Assembly (NCBI RefSeq): GCF_009914755.1
Contig: NC_060934.1
Direction: 5' to 3' (one strand)
Length of the DNA: 64,000 nt
DNA from: the human T2T-CHM13v2.0 reference genome, Homo sapiens
Shown: positions 38,776-57,300 of the stretch, piece by piece
Position numbering within the stretch: position 1 is the stretch's first letter
Layout: every line of letters starts with the position of its first letter
Translations under genes and position numbers: made by a program
Notes under the pieces: generated by a model
Seen by the model: only the letters and a program-made list of their open reading frames with translations
Told to the model about the DNA's origin: nothing
The model's database searches: none

Positions 38776-39139
38776 TTTGATGTGTTTTAGTGAAAGTCTT
38801 CCTCAAAAAATTAGAAAAGTTTGTTATGACAATTTATTTGATCCAGAGAGCATAGTTGCAATTAAAATTGCTTTATAGATTAAGTGAAAAAACATATCAG
38901 AGGTTGTATAGCTTGGCAGTAAAGAGCCCAGGAGCTGCTTTCAGACTAACTTGGATTGAGGAGGTCCTCACTTTGCTTCTTGTAGAGTTCCGTGAGGATG
39001 CACTGAGAGGGGCAGTAAAACCTCACGCTCACGGGCATGGAGCAAGCACTCTCAGTCACTTATCTCTATGAAGACTTGGAGGGTTTTGGTGAAGTTGATC
39101 ATTGATAAATACATAGCTAGAGAGGTTTGTTATACCAAT

Positions 39140-39600
39140 GACTTTTACAGGCAAGAATGTATTTGGCTGCGACTAACAGGAAACCTGACACAGAGTGGCT
39201 TAAACAAGCCAGGGGTTTGTCCTTCTCACCTAATGAGAAGTCTGGGGCTAAGCAGTCCAGGCTCCAAGAGCTGCTCAAGGGCATCAGGAGCCCCGTGTCT
39301 TCCCTCTTCCCTGCCTCCACCATCTTCAGCCTGTGGCTTTTTGCCTTATTTTTGCACTGTGGCTGTGGCTGTGTCTTGAGGTGTGTCTGGTTTATGCAGG
39401 AAAAAGGCGGAAGAAGAAAAATTATTTTCTCTTAGAGATTTTGCATTTTTATGTGACAAAGAATTCTCTCTCCTGGAACTTCTGTCTGTACTTCTTTGGC
39501 CACCTTTTGCTGCAAAAGACTCTGGGAATGTATCTTCTTTTTCCAGCCTCACTAGTGGAAGTAGGCAAAGAAGAAGGGGGTCAGAATGGATGCTGAATGT
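39140..39600 (-). mobile_element. Old MLT1 (K/L/M-like) LTR
   Basis: tttggctgcgactaacaggaaacc...agtggcttaaacaag resembles reverse-strand late MLT1 ends. Confidence 0.45.
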
Positions 39601-39771
39601 TTTACCCCATATTTTCCTCACAGTGGGCAAAGTGGAGGAGCATTAGGACTCAAAATTGCAAATTGTGACTGAAGTCAAAGCTTACCTGTATTGGAGACTT
39701 TGGACTGTGCTGATAATCTGTAGGAACTTATATTATTCAGTAACATTATATATCAGTAGAATTTCTTTCTT

Positions 39772-39841
39772 TCCTTTTTTTAAATTATAATTTTTTTTCA
39801 TCAGGCAGCCCCTGAACCAGAATAGGTTCTGAGAGGCTCCC
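39772..39841 (-). mobile_element. 70-bp retroposed insertion: 43-nt hairpin body plus degenerate poly(A)
   Basis: Perfect 15-bp TSD tagaatttctttctt at 39757-39771 and 39842-39856; T-rich tail 39772-39798. Confidence 0.85.
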
Positions 39842-41882
39842 TAGAATTTCTTTCTTGGCATAGTCCAGAAGTAAACCTAAATACCAAAGAGGAAACCAAC
39901 TCTGATCATCTAAAGCTCTTCTCATCTTGTTACTCCTTTTATGAACAGAATCTAGGACCACTGAGTACTGGAACTATCTCTAAAAATTCTCCATTGTTTT
40001 CTCCATGTCAAATGTTTTTTTTTCCATAGAAAATTACATGGCACAATAAAAATGCTTATTTCACTTTTTATTATCTTAAGATATCTTTTCTGTCCTCCCT
40101 CCTCCCACCGTCCACACATGTCAGATTTGGTTTAGAATTGACAGGTTCAATGTAGTTCATGCCTCGCCCTTTTGGCTTTTCATAGATTGGTCACTTAGGT
40201 ATAATCTGGCCAACAAAGCCAGAATTTGTTCAGAACCATTTTGGAGACAGTTTGATAGAATTATCATCCCATGTTTTGTTGTCTGAAATTGTCCAAAATA
40301 GTGAGCTAATAAAATAAACCAGTTGACTCATTCTTAGTTCGTTTTAAGATACTGTTCTTACTTAAAAAATACATAGGGTAATAGTGACCACATATATTCC
40401 TTTATATGAAATATTTAATAAACTACCAGGAATGAGGCGCAATTTTATTGCTAATTTATAGTGGTTTTGGTGTGTGGGGATGATCTTGGCAAGAAAATCT
40501 TGTTATGCTGCAAAAGCCACCAAATTCAATGTCTAATCCTTATCGTACTACCATCTAGGGAAGTCTCCAGAGAGCACAAAACCATCATAGAAGCATTGTG
40601 GGTGCTATACATTTGTAAATCCTTTTCCTACCTATCAGGCTACTAATAGCTGTGGATGATGAAAATGTTTGTATTTGTAACAAGTATTAAATCTTGTTCC
40701 CATTTATGATGCTGGCATATAAAAAGATAATACTTTCTAGGTATCAGGTGGTTTCCCTGTTATAGTGAGAATGATAAACCACATATTAGTCTGCATATTG
40801 AGTTGATCTGGAGCTTAACTGTATCTCTTATATAGGAAGGTGATTAAACATAGGATTTGAAAATTAGCCATTGCTGTTTTTTCCCCCTCGATTTTAAAAG
40901 TAATACAAACCTATATAGAATACTTGAAAGTATAAACATAAGTAAAAAAGAAAAACCAAGTCATCCCTAACTCCAGAATCCAGCAATAACCACTGATGAT
41001 ATTTTAGGAATTTTTTTCCTGGTCTTTTGAAAATATGCCCACACAATTTATTTTTGCCATGCATTTTGAGTTTGTACCATATGTCAGGTGCAGTGTTGAG
41101 CTTTGGGGATGCAGATGAAACCAAAAGAGTTACTGGCCCTACCCTTCTGTGACTTAAATTCTACACTGGGATCATACCTCCTATCTTTTTCACTTAGCGT
41201 TGAATCATAAGTATTTTCTGTTTCATTAAAGGTTCTTGAAGAACATGGTTTCCGGTGTCTGTATAATTCTTTTGTTGTAGTATACTTTGTTTAAACACTA
41301 CAACATTTTAGAATATGTTTAGGTGGCTAGACAGTGGAATGAGTCCAGTGTTTCTACTCAAACTGCCCGGGATTCAGATCCTGATTATTAGCCATGTGGC
41401 CTGGGACAAATTAATAACTCATTTGGCTTCTCATCTCTAAAATGGAGATAAAAAGTATCTATCTTCTAGGTTGTGAGGATTAGAAATACTGTATCTACAA
41501 GTGCCAGGTGCGGAGCAGGTACTCAAGATATGGCAGATGATAAATATTTAGCCCGCTGTCCCAACCACTTCTGCCTAAAAGCCTTTTATGCATTTTTTAT
41601 TATTCTCATAGGAAAAACCTTATTAGTGAAATTTTGGGGAGCAAAGGACATGGAAATTTTAAGGTTCCTGATTAATTTTGCAAAATTATTTTCTGGGAAG
41701 TTTTGCAGGTTAGGCAGAAGAGACAACAAATCTGCAGGGTAATCTGCTCCTTATACCTGTGGTTCCCACAGTCCATTATTAGAAAGCAATTGAATTACCA
41801 ATATAGAGTTAGATCTCCGTTTTGCCTTTTTTGCTGAAAAATTGAAGTGAATTTTATCTTACCTGCTTAGCATGTTTGTGGA

Positions 41883-42091
41883 TCAGTATTTTTTAAAAGT
41901 TGTGGGCATGAAAATCAGCCGGGGAATGTGGTGTGTTTTTTTTTTTTTTTTGAGGGAGTACACTTTGGGCTTCCCTCTCAGATTCCAACTTTGTAGGTTT
42001 AAGAGTGGTGTTGGCAGGATTGGCATTTTGGAAAGAATCTTTTGTGAGTCTAATGGAGATGGTCCCAGGATCACACTTTGAGAAACATTGC
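41883..42091. mobile_element. MER5A-like hAT MITE
   Basis: Ends ggtcccagga tcacactttgagaaacattg; degenerate cagt..tt..aaa start. Confidence 0.55.
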
Positions 42092-42456
42092 AAGGTGGTT
42101 AGAGGATGGTGAAATCATTGAAGTTAAGAATCAGACTCTTTTCTTTCTTTGATTTCCTTTACCCTTGAAGCTAGTACTTTTTCCACATTATTAAACCATC
42201 TTGAAGCATTTTAGTCTGGGAACATAATTTATAACTGGTATGTTGTTTATAGTGGCTTGTTGTAAGGGACTTGGGGGAGGAGCACAAATCTATATATTCT
42301 TGCGGAGGGCAATATTGTCATATTGCACAGTAGGCTCACAATGCATTTGGTTTTCCTGCAGACTCCCATTAAGTTAGGCATAATAGATACCTATGTAATA
42401 TATTATGAAATAATTTAAAAACACACTTTTCATTGTAGAAATTTTTAAAGCAATAC

Positions 42457-45860
<3,404 letters not shown>

Positions 45861-46534
45861 AATTTTTTAAAACAATACAAGGAAGCTTTTTAAAAAGAAA
45901 AATAATCGTCAGTAATCTCACCATCCTAACAACCATTTTCATTTTTCTGCCTTGAATTAGAGTTTATGTAGTTGCTGGTATAGTATTTACTGCTTTGTAT
46001 TCAGTATTTTAATCTATTAAATGTTTTCTGTATTTCTAAGCAGTTTTCAGAATTCTGTGGTTGAATAATAGTACATTTGGTTGAAAAAAATTTTTTATAG
46101 TTATGAACTACCTAATAACGAATGTGATTACATGGCTTTTTTTTCTTCGTGACTGTATTCTGAGGAAGAAATTTGAGGAATCTGAGTACTGAAGAATGAT
46201 GGTAGTTGCAAAAGCAGCAGCCAATTTGTATTATCTCTTACTTTGTGTGGGACATTGTCTTTGGTGATTTATGCCTGTGCGGTCATCTCAGCTTCTCAGC
46301 AACAACTCATGACATACAGATGCCCATTGGGATCTGTACTTTACAGAGAAAAAAAAAAGCTGTAAACACTTTAAATTTGGAGCCCTGATTTCTTTTTGGA
46401 ATTCCAAGTAGACCTAGACACTAGTTTTCCAATTAGGGTTGTTGTAAGGTCTAGAGTTTTGTATGTTGTGGAGATGTATCATAGCTGAGTTTAGGATGAC
46501 AAACCACCCTCCCGAATAGGTTACATTGTTTCTT

Positions 46535-47929
<1,395 letters not shown>

Positions 47930-50900
47930 TACATTGCTTCTTGAGTGCCCTGCTGAAATGCAGAGGAGCTTGGTGTCAGGCTCGGGTGGGTTAGAATTCT
48001 CAGTGAGAATGCAGGTGTTGCAAAGCTCTGCCTTCTACTAGCTTTGGTTATGCTTTCTCAGTTTCTCCCTTTACAAAACAGAATAATAATATGTCTCATG
48101 TAGGGTTATGATAACATTTGTAAGGCTGGCACACAATTGGTGCCCTGTAAATAGTTGGTATTTTTCAAATTCATATTCTGTTCCTCTGTGGCATCTGGCC
48201 CAGAGCTGTGAAAATATCTGGACTGTGTTTATAGAATAAATGACCCATGATGGATCTGGATTAAAAAGTTTGTTCATTTTGGGCTAGCGGACCTGGCATT
48301 GACCTCATGGAATGGAGCTTTAAAGCAAAGTCACGTGCTTGGCCTTAGGAAGTGCCAAACAGTTCTGCCTTACCCAAGTAAGGCAGAGCAGTTCTCCATA
48401 TGCAAGATGATCTGTCTTCACCCTCAATCTAGGCCGTATGTAGAATGTTTTACTGTTAGTGATAGAACATTAGTGTGGAGTTTTGAATGAGGATATGCAA
48501 AACTTAATTCAAGCGAGGTTAATGTTAATTATATTTGTATCTAATCTGGATTAGTTTTATAAATCGAAATTTGTCAAGGTTAATATAATTTCAGTTTATT
48601 TCATTGCCGACACTGAATTATCTTGTTCTTAGAATAATATATCTCTAGATACTTGTTTAAATGTGATTTCAAATCTTCTCAGATAAGAGATAATCCATTC
48701 TCAAAATTAAGAATAACCTTTTATGTTAGCTTGCTCACTGCACTAAAATTATCATTGAGTTATTTTGAGTTAGAGGGAAATAAACCACTTCTCCCCACAA
48801 AATGTTGATTAGGAATTAGGTGCCCTGAGTTCATGACCCAGTCTTGCCACTGACTTCGCCACCTTGGACAGCCTCTCAGGGTTTTGGATTAGATGCCCCT
48901 TAAAATCTCTTTCAGTTCCAGTATTCCGGGTCTTCTGCACAGTAAACAATACAAACCCAATGGTACTTTGAACGTGGTGTTAGAAGCTGAGTTGGTTCTC
49001 CATACATGAGTAGCTTTGGTAGGGATTTGCCTTGATCTTTACCACACCTGAGCATTCACAGCAAATGGGAAATGTGGTAGAAAGAGAGGATAGTTAAAGT
49101 GTCTCGGCTTTGGAGAAGCAAGTACTTGTCAGAGAGCTAACCACAAGCTTTGTTTTCTAACATCTTGGCAGTCAAATTTGCAACACCCTGAATTCTGTGG
49201 GCTAGAGCTTAGCTAATTTAAGATTTTCTATGGTAATTGAGCAGAGATTACAGTGTAAATCATAGTTGAGACTTGTTGGTGTTAACATACTTGTCTAGGT
49301 GAACAACAGATTTTATGCGTCTTCAAGTAGGATCTTTTTGTCACATTTTCCTTTTCCTCTGCTAATATGTCCAGCTATCAAGCTTCATGTGCCAGTATTG
49401 ATATCTAGCATCTAAACCACTAGAGTTGCAGGGCAGGAAAATGTAATGTTGTGCCTTAGGGTAAAATTTCAATAAAAAATACATCTGTATCTGTCCAGAT
49501 TTCAAGTATTTTCAGAATTGTTTTAATTGCTTGTTGATTATTGAGAACTAACACAGTATTTCTCTTATTCTGCGCAGAAGACCACTAAATCTTGTATTAT
49601 CTATGTTCTGAGTTGATCCCTTTATCATGAGCTTTTTCTTTTGTTTGTTAAAAGCATCACTTAAAGCAAAGGCAATGTTTTGGTAAGATTTTATCTTTTT
49701 TAGTTATTTCATATAATGATTTAACTTCAAGCCAGAGAAATGTGTGTTTGGCTTGAGTCTTGCAGGAGGAATCATGTAAAGACATGTTTATTTTAATCTG
49801 GGGGGAATTTTTTTTAATTAGAACTTTTTATATGGGAAAAGAAAACCTGAGATTGTTATAGATCTATAGCGTTTTTCTTCAGGGATCTATAATTTACTAA
49901 AACATTGTTGGCACTTATTACCTACACAGAAAGATCACCTTCAAAAATATATTTACTATCAGTAAATGGATATCTGAGATGCATTATCTAAATAGAGCAT
50001 ATTTGACCAAGTCTAAAAACTGGGCTTTAGCAACAAAACATTATAAAAATGGATCTGGATTTTAAAAGTTTTGCATAAATGATTAGCTTTCAAGCTTGTG
50101 AAAGTTTTTTTTTTTCATTTTAAATCATTTGGGACTAGTGAGGCCATCTACAATGGGAAATTGTTGCATGTATTGGACAAAAATCATGAGTGCATATTAT
50201 GGGACTGCAGAATTAAATGAGGCCCTTTACCTTTAAAAGGAATATAATCTAGTGGAAGAGAGGAAACGTATCTGTATTTTTTAACAGAAAACAAAAGGAG
50301 ATCACGTAGAGTAAGGCCCTGATTAATGTACATCATAGCCTGGGTCACGTACCTCCACCCCACAAGACCAAGAAGTGAAATGAGGGAATTGAAGAATCAA
50401 ATAGAAAAAGGCAAAGCCAATACAATGATGCACTATCTAGTTTGTTACTTCTGAGGATGACTACTACTTCTGGTGAGGCCCAGAAGCTATATCCCTAAAT
50501 TGTCCACCTAAGGAATTAAAAAGAGAGGCATTGGTCTGTCAGCTTCTGTTCCCTCCTTGAGGAGAGTCAAGGGTTGCCTTCTGGGGCCTGCCTTTCCTGC
50601 GATTCTGTGTTAATACACTTAAGACTTAGACGTATAGATATCTAACAAGCTCCTAGGGAAGTAATAAAGAAGTATGTTTAGTGTAAGATTGAGATGAGAC
50701 ATTGTTACCCCAAAGTGGGTTGATACCTATGCCGAACTGTTTACTGTAGCCTCGCTGGAATCAGAGATGAAGGTGAGATGGTATATAAGATTGTGTGTCC
50801 AGTACAATGTCTTTATATACTTTAAATGCAAAAAAAAAAAAAAAAAGAAAATCAGAAAGGGAGAGGCGGAAATGGACGTTTAAGATATTTCATACCTTTG

Positions 50901-52406
50901 TTCTAAATCAAAGAAACTTCCTTACTGTAAATTCTTCATGTAGAGAATGCTTTATGAGATTACAAAAATAAGCCTGTCTGCAGTCAGCAAGATGGAGGAA
51001 TAGGGAGCACCAGACTTCTACCCCTACAGAAATACTGACTTAACAATATGTGGTCCAATAAAGCCTTTATGAGAAGGCCAGAAATCACTTATGAAGTCAC
51101 AGAACTCCAGTTTAAAACCAAGAACCATGGTTTTGAAACAGGTAAGAAAAGCTGTTTCATTTCATCTGAGTCGGCCCCTTCCCCAAGCCACCACAGCTAA
51201 TGATGAGGAAAAAAAGTCCAGTGACTGGTTTCTCCCTTGGGAGAAAAAGAGTAAAATGGAATTATGTCCAATGTGCTGGCTTTTTGAGACTACTCAAGTG
51301 ACTGGTTTCTGCCTTGCTTGACTTGGAGTGCTGATGAGGAATAGGCATACTTTGATTGCCTGGGGACTGCTGAGAACAAGAGAGCTCAGCGGTTGGTGGC
51401 AGTACCAAAATACCCGTAGTACTGCAAACAGACACCAGAGGGTGCAAGAGACTGTAGACTCCTGAAAAAGAAACCAGAAAACTTTGTCTGGTTGTGAAAT
51501 TACACACATAGGCTCAGAAAAAATTCATCTCTGTAAAAGGTTTGAGAGACCGCCAGAATCTCTAGCTGGGCTGATTGGTGAAGATCTTTTTCCATCCAAA
51601 ACCAGTCTGTAAAGACTGGAAGAGGTGACCGTTTATTCAAATACAAAAATTACAACAAAATATAAGGCACACAAACAGGGAAAATATGGTCCAATCAGAA
51701 GAACAAAATAACTGTCCGTAAACTGACCCAAAAGAAATGGAGATCTATGAATTACCTGACAAATAGTTTAAAAGGAACATTTTAAATTAGTGCACTACAA
51801 GAAAACATATACAATGAAACTGTGAATAAAATGAGAATATCAATTAAGAGATGGAAACTGTAAAGATCCAAACAGGAATTCTAAATAACTAAACAGGAAT
51901 TCTGAAGCTGAAGAATACAGTAACTGATTTGAAAAAAAAAATTATAGGGGATCAACAGCAGACTTTATTAAGCAAGAGAAAGAATCAGCAAACTCAAAGA
52001 CAGGTCATTTGAAATTATTGAGTCAGAGGAACAAAAAGAAAAAGGAAAAATGAAGAAAGCCTAAGGGACTTATGGGGCGCCATCAAGTGAATCAATATAT
52101 GCATTACATGAATTTCAGAAGAGGAATATAGAGGAAATGAGGGACAGAATATTTTTCAAACTACAATAGCCAAAACCTTCCAAATGTGAAAAAGGAAATA
52201 GATATCCAAATATAAGAAGCTCAAAGGACTACAGTCATGATGAAACTAAAGAAATTCACACTAAGACACATTCTAATCAACTTTCCAAAAACAAAAATCT
52301 TAAGGGCAACAGGAGAAAGGCAATGTGGTATATACAGAGACTTTCCATAAGAATATCACACATTTCTCAGTGGAAGCATCGCAGGACAGAGTGGAATGAG
52401 ATTATA

Positions 52407-53676
52407 TGAGGGATCTTCAAAAAGTTTGTGGACGGTATGTATTATGAAAAAAAAAACTATGCATGGATTTCAAACTTTTTTTTGGCACTAAAATAAATTC
52501 CTGCTGATTTGGGTAAGACATCAATTTGAAAAGAGTCCCTATCCAGAGCAACATGTATTCTGCTATTACTGAGGCAAGAACAAATACCAAATTTATGGTG
52601 AAGCATGGTGGAAGAATGGTGAAATTATTGATACTTTACAAAAAATTTATGGGAATAGTACACCAAAGAAATCAGCTGCTTCCAAATGGATAATTCATTT
52701 TAAGAAGGGACGAGATGACGATGAAGATGAGGCCCATGGCAGCAGACCATCCACATCAATTTATGAGAAAAAAATTCATCTTATTCATGCCTAACTGAAG
52801 AGGGCCAACAATTCACAGAAGAAGCAATGGCCAAACACCATAGGCATCTCAGTTGGTTTAGCTTACACAATTCTGACTAAAAAATCAAAGTTGAACAAAT
52901 TTTCCACTCAATGGGTGCCAAAACTGTTGTGCTAAGATTAGCTGCACACAAGAGCTTTCAGTGAAAAATTCAAACAATTGGCATTGAGATCCTAAAGCAT
53001 TTCTCGAAAGAATTGTAACAGCAGATGAAACATGGTTTTGCCAGTACAATCCTGAAGACAAAGCACAATCAAAGCAATGGCTACCAAGAGGGGCACATGG
53101 TGAAGAGCAAAAGTCATGGCAATAGTTTTATGAGATATTCAAGGCATTTTGCTTGTTAACTTTCTGGAGGGTCAAAAGAAAATAACATCTGCCTCCGTCC
53201 CAAAAAGAAAAATAAAAAAGAAAATAACATCTGGTTATTATGAGAGTGTTTTGAGAAACCCAAAGCTTTAGAAGAAAAACGTCTGGGAAAGCTTCATCAG
53301 CGAGTTGTTCTCTGCCATGGCAGTGCTTCTGCTCGTTCCTCTCATCAAACAAGGACAAATTTTAAATAATTTCCATGGGGAATCATTAGGCATCCACCTT
53401 ACAATTGTGATTTATTCCTTTTGACTTCTTTTTGTCTTCTAATTTAAAAACATCTTTAAAGGGTATCCATTTTTCTTCACTTAATAATGTAAAAAAGACT
53501 GCATTGACATGGCTAAGTTCCTAGGACCCCCACTTTTTTAGTGATGTACTAAATGGTTGATACAATCACTTACAAGAGTACTGGAACTTTTTGGAGCTTA
53601 TGACAAGAAATAAAGTTCATATTTTTAATTTTTATCTTTTAATTCAATTTTCCATGAAAGTTTTGATGTCCCCTCA
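52407..53676 (+). mobile_element. Hsmar2 mariner transposon, near full length, with decayed transposase starting at 52553
   Basis: TIRs tgagggatcttcaaaaagttt / ttttccatgaaagttttgatgtcccctca; TA on the left. Peptides EARTNTKFMVK, WVPK and IVTADETW. Confidence 0.9.
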
Positions 53677-54324
53677 TCCATACAGAGTGCTGAAGGAAAA
53701 AAAAACCTGACAATCAAGAATAGTATATATGGCAAGACTTTTAAAAGTGAAGAATAAATAAAGACCTTTCTGGATAAACAAAAGGCGAGGAATTAATTAC
53801 CATTATGCCTGCCTTATAAGAATTGTTAAAGGGAGTTTTTCAGGTTGAAACAAAGGGATACTAAACAGTAACATGAAAGGATATGGAAATATAAAGCTCT
53901 CTGGTGAAATACCCATGGTAGATGCACCAGAAAAAATGAGAAAGAAAGAAAAGCATGTCACTACAGAAGAATCAATGAAATAGAAAGGCAGCAAGAGCCG
54001 CAAAGGGGGACAAAATTACTACTAGCCATACAGAACACAATTAAATGATAATAGTAAGTTCTTACCTATCAGTAATTACTTTAAATGTAAATTGATTAAA
54101 TTCCCCAGTCAAAAGACATACAGTGGCTGAATGGATTAAAAAAGAACAAGATCCAACTATATGCTGTCTACAAGACACTTTAGATATAAGGACATACTCG
54201 GGCTGAAAGTAAAAGGAGGGAAAAAAGATATTCCATGCAAATGGTAACCCAAAGAGATCAGAGGTGTTCATGTTTATATCAGACAAAAATAGACTTTATA
54301 GAAAATAGGTAAAGGAGGGCATTA

Positions 54325-57300
54325 AGTCTCCCCTTACCCAAGATAGCAGATTGGAGGTATTGCTAGCATGCCTCTCCCACTTAGACAAAGTAGTGTGTAG
54401 AAATTAATGCTCTGAACTTTTTTTTCAAGAAGCAACATAGGAACTAAACAGAAAAACTGAAAGGAACTACAGACCCTTTGAAAGAAGCAGTGGGCGGCAG
54501 CCTATACTGTGAACCAGACTGAAAACCCCCACAGGAAACACTGAACCTGCTCAACACCAAGCATATCACTACTACAACGAGCATCTGAGAAAAACATCAC
54601 ACAAAGATTCTCTATAACCAAGAAACTTATACAGAGTCTTCACCACTGAAAGCACCTAGAGCCAAAGCTAGGTGACAATAAATTATAAACATTAAAGTCA
54701 TACCCTCAAGGGGAATAAAAGAAATAAAAACCCCAGTTAAATGAAAAATAAATTCAAAAATAATGAGAAGAAATAGTCTACCCAAATGAGAAGGAACCAG
54801 AAAAATAATTCTGGCAATATGAAAAAACAGGGTTCTGTAACACCTCCCAAAAAACACACTAACTCTCCAGCAGTGGATTCAAACCAAGATTAAATCTTTG
54901 AAACACCAGATAAAAATTCAAAAGGTTGATTATTAATTTACTCAAGGAGATACAAGATAAAGGTAAAAACCAACACAAATTAAAAAAAAATTAGGATATC
55001 AATGAAAAATTTTTTTTTAAAGAGATAGATTTTTAAAAGAAAACCAATCAGAACTTCCAGAAATGAAAGACACACTTAGGGTACTACAAAATGCAGTGGA
55101 AAGTGTTAATAATACACTAGATTAAGTAGAAGAAACAATTTCAGAGCTTGAAGACAAGGCTTTCAAATTAACCCAATCAGACAAAAATAAAGAAAAAAGA
55201 TTTAGAAGAAACAAAGTCTCCAAGAAATATGGGATTATGCAAAACAGACAAAGAATTATAGGTTTTCCTGAGGGAGAGGAAAAAACAAAAAATTTGGAAA
55301 ACCTATTTGAGGGAATAATTGAGGAAAACTTCCCTGTCCTTGCTAAAAATTTAGACATCCAAATAAAAGAAGCTCAAAGAAGTCCTGGAAGACTCATTAC
55401 AAAAAGGACGTCACCAAAGAACATAGTCATCAGATTATCTAAAGTCAATGTGAAGGAAATAATTCTAAGAACAGCGAGACAAAAGCATCAGGTAACCTAT
55501 TAAGGAAAACCTAGCAGACTAACAGCAGACTTCTCAGCAGAACAAACCAGAAGAGATTGGGGTCATTTTTTAGTCTTCTTAAACAGAATAACTGTCAGGC
55601 AAGAATTTTGTATCCAGCAAAACTAAGTTTCATAAATGAAGGAGAAATAACGTCTTTCTCAGACAAGCAAATGCTGAGGGAATTTGTCAATACTAGACCA
55701 ATGTTACAAGAAATGCTAAAAGGAGTTCTAAATCTTGAAAGAAAAGATTGATACACACCAGGATAGAAACCTCTGAAAACATAAAATTCACACGGCTTAT
55801 AAAACAATAACACAGTGAAGAAAAGAAAGTATCTAGGTAACAATCAACATTATGACTGGAATAGTATCTCACAATACTAACATTGAATGGAGATGGTCTA
55901 AGTGCTCCATTAAAAGATACAGATTGGCAAAATGAATAAAATCGTCACAAACCAAATATCTGCTGTCTTCAGGAGACACATCTAACACAAGGATTCTTAT
56001 AGACCCAAGGGAAAAGGGTGGAAAAAGATATTTCATGCAATCAGAAACCAAAAGCAAGCAGGAGGAACTATTCTTATATCAGATAAAACAGACATTAAGG
56101 CAACAATAGTAAAAAAAAAAAAGACAAGGTCATTATACAATGATAAAAGGATCCAATTCATGAAGAAGATAAAATAATTCTAAATATATATGCACCTAAC
56201 TCCAGAGCTCCCAGATTCGTAAAGCAACTACCACTAGACCTAAGAACAGAGATAGACAGAAACACAATAATAGTAGAGGGCTTTCACTCCACTGGCAGCA
56301 CTAGACAGAGCACTGAGGCAGAAAGTCAACAAAGAAATACTGGACTCTAGAACAAACTGACCTAAGAGATATTTACAGAACATTCTACTCAAGAACTACC
56401 CAAGAACTGCAGAATATACATTCTTCTTATCAGCACATGGAACATTCTCCAAAATAGATCATATGTAAGCTGCAAAACAAATCTCAATAAATTTTTTAAA
56501 AATTGAAATCACATCAACCATATTCTCAGACCACAGCAGAATAAAATCAATTCCAAGAGTAATCCTCAAAACTGTATAAATACATGGAAGTTAATCTGTT
56601 CCTGAGTGATTTTTGGGTTAACAATGAAATCAAGATGAAAATTGAAAAATTTCTGAAATGATTGATAACAATGACACAAGTTCTCAGAACCTCTAGGACA
56701 CAGCAAAAGCAGTGTTAAGAGGCGTTTATAGCACTAAATACCTACATCAAAAAATCTGCAAGGTTACAAATTGACAAGCTAATGTCATGCCTCAGGGAAC
56801 TAGAAAAAGAACAAACCAAACTCAAAGCTAGCAGAAGAAAAATAACAAAGATCAGGGCAGAATGAAATGAAATTGAAAAGACAGTACAAAAATCAATGAA
56901 ACAAAAGCTAGTTATTTGGAAAGATAAACAAAACTGATACACTACTAGCTAGATTAACCAAGAAAAGAAGAGAAAAGATTCAGATAAGCTCAATTAGAAG
57001 TGAAAATGGAGACATTACAACTGACACCTCAGAAATATAAAAGACTATTTGAGATTACTATGAGCACCTCTATGCACACAAGCTAGAAAATCTAGCGGAA
57101 ATGGATAAATTCCCGGAAACATACGACACCCTAGCTTGAGTCAGGAAGAAATAGAAATCCTAAACAGACCAATAACAGGCTGTCAGATTGAATCAGGTAA
57201 ACAAACAAACAAACCAAAAAAACAAACCTGTCAACAAAAAAAGCCCAGGGCAGATGGATTCAAGCCGAATTCTACTAGACATTAAAAGCAGAACTGGAAT

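Noticed and set aside
52553-53610. Mariner transposase as a domesticated gene
   Set aside because: Multiple frameshifts, stops and an insertion; no long ORF remains.
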